This document shows, piece after piece, positions 63,949-64,000 of a DNA stretch of 64,000 nucleotides. Source of the DNA: Octopus vulgaris (Eukaryota). The stretch spans positions 22,196,001 to 22,260,000 of the forward strand of contig OX597833.1 of NCBI GenBank assembly GCA_951406725.2, read 5' to 3'. The translations under genes were made by a program, and so were the position numbers. Within the stretch, counting starts at the first letter, position 1; every line of letters begins with the position of its first letter. Below the pieces are notes generated by a model. That model made no database searches and had not been told where the DNA came from. It saw only the letters and a list, made by a program, of their open reading frames with translations.

Positions 63949-64000
63949 CTAGCAGTATCGCCCGGCGTTGCTCGGGTTTGTAAGGGAAATAACTATATAA
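63949..64000 (-). mobile_element. Helitron 3' terminus (element continues beyond the window)
   Basis: Minus strand CCCGAGCAACGCCGGG-CGATACTG-CTAG|T. Confidence 0.75.

Overview
AT-rich eukaryotic non-coding DNA (large intron or intergenic), almost entirely microsatellites and decayed transposable elements. The SINE repertoire looks like Octopus (coleoid cephalopod); this is inference from recalled repeat families, not a database result. I found no intact protein-coding gene, and nearly all long ORFs in the track are microsatellite or SINE artefacts. Supported content: four decayed mariner copies of two subfamilies, RT or C-terminal fragments of several LINE clades (RTE, RTE-BovB, Tx1/L1, CR1/Jockey-like, R4/Dong-like), Penelope-like element (PLE) remnants, non-autonomous Helitrons, piggyBac-type MITEs, and many copies of at least four tRNA-headed SINE families. 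The most striking signal is a set of minimal hammerhead-ribozyme (HHR) motifs from about six unrelated PLE-like families. They include apparent compensatory U3-A8 and G3-C8 core variants, and a tRNA-headed SINE-like element whose 3' tail is a PLE-type HHR and which occurs as head-to-head inverted copies. Also notable: a SINE sharing its 3' tail with a Tx1/L1-type LINE embedded in (GATA)n, a young RTE-tail insertion with a 41-bp TSD, and RFX X-box motifs in the few unique-sequence islands. All folds and alignments were done by eye, and boundaries of old repeats are approximate.
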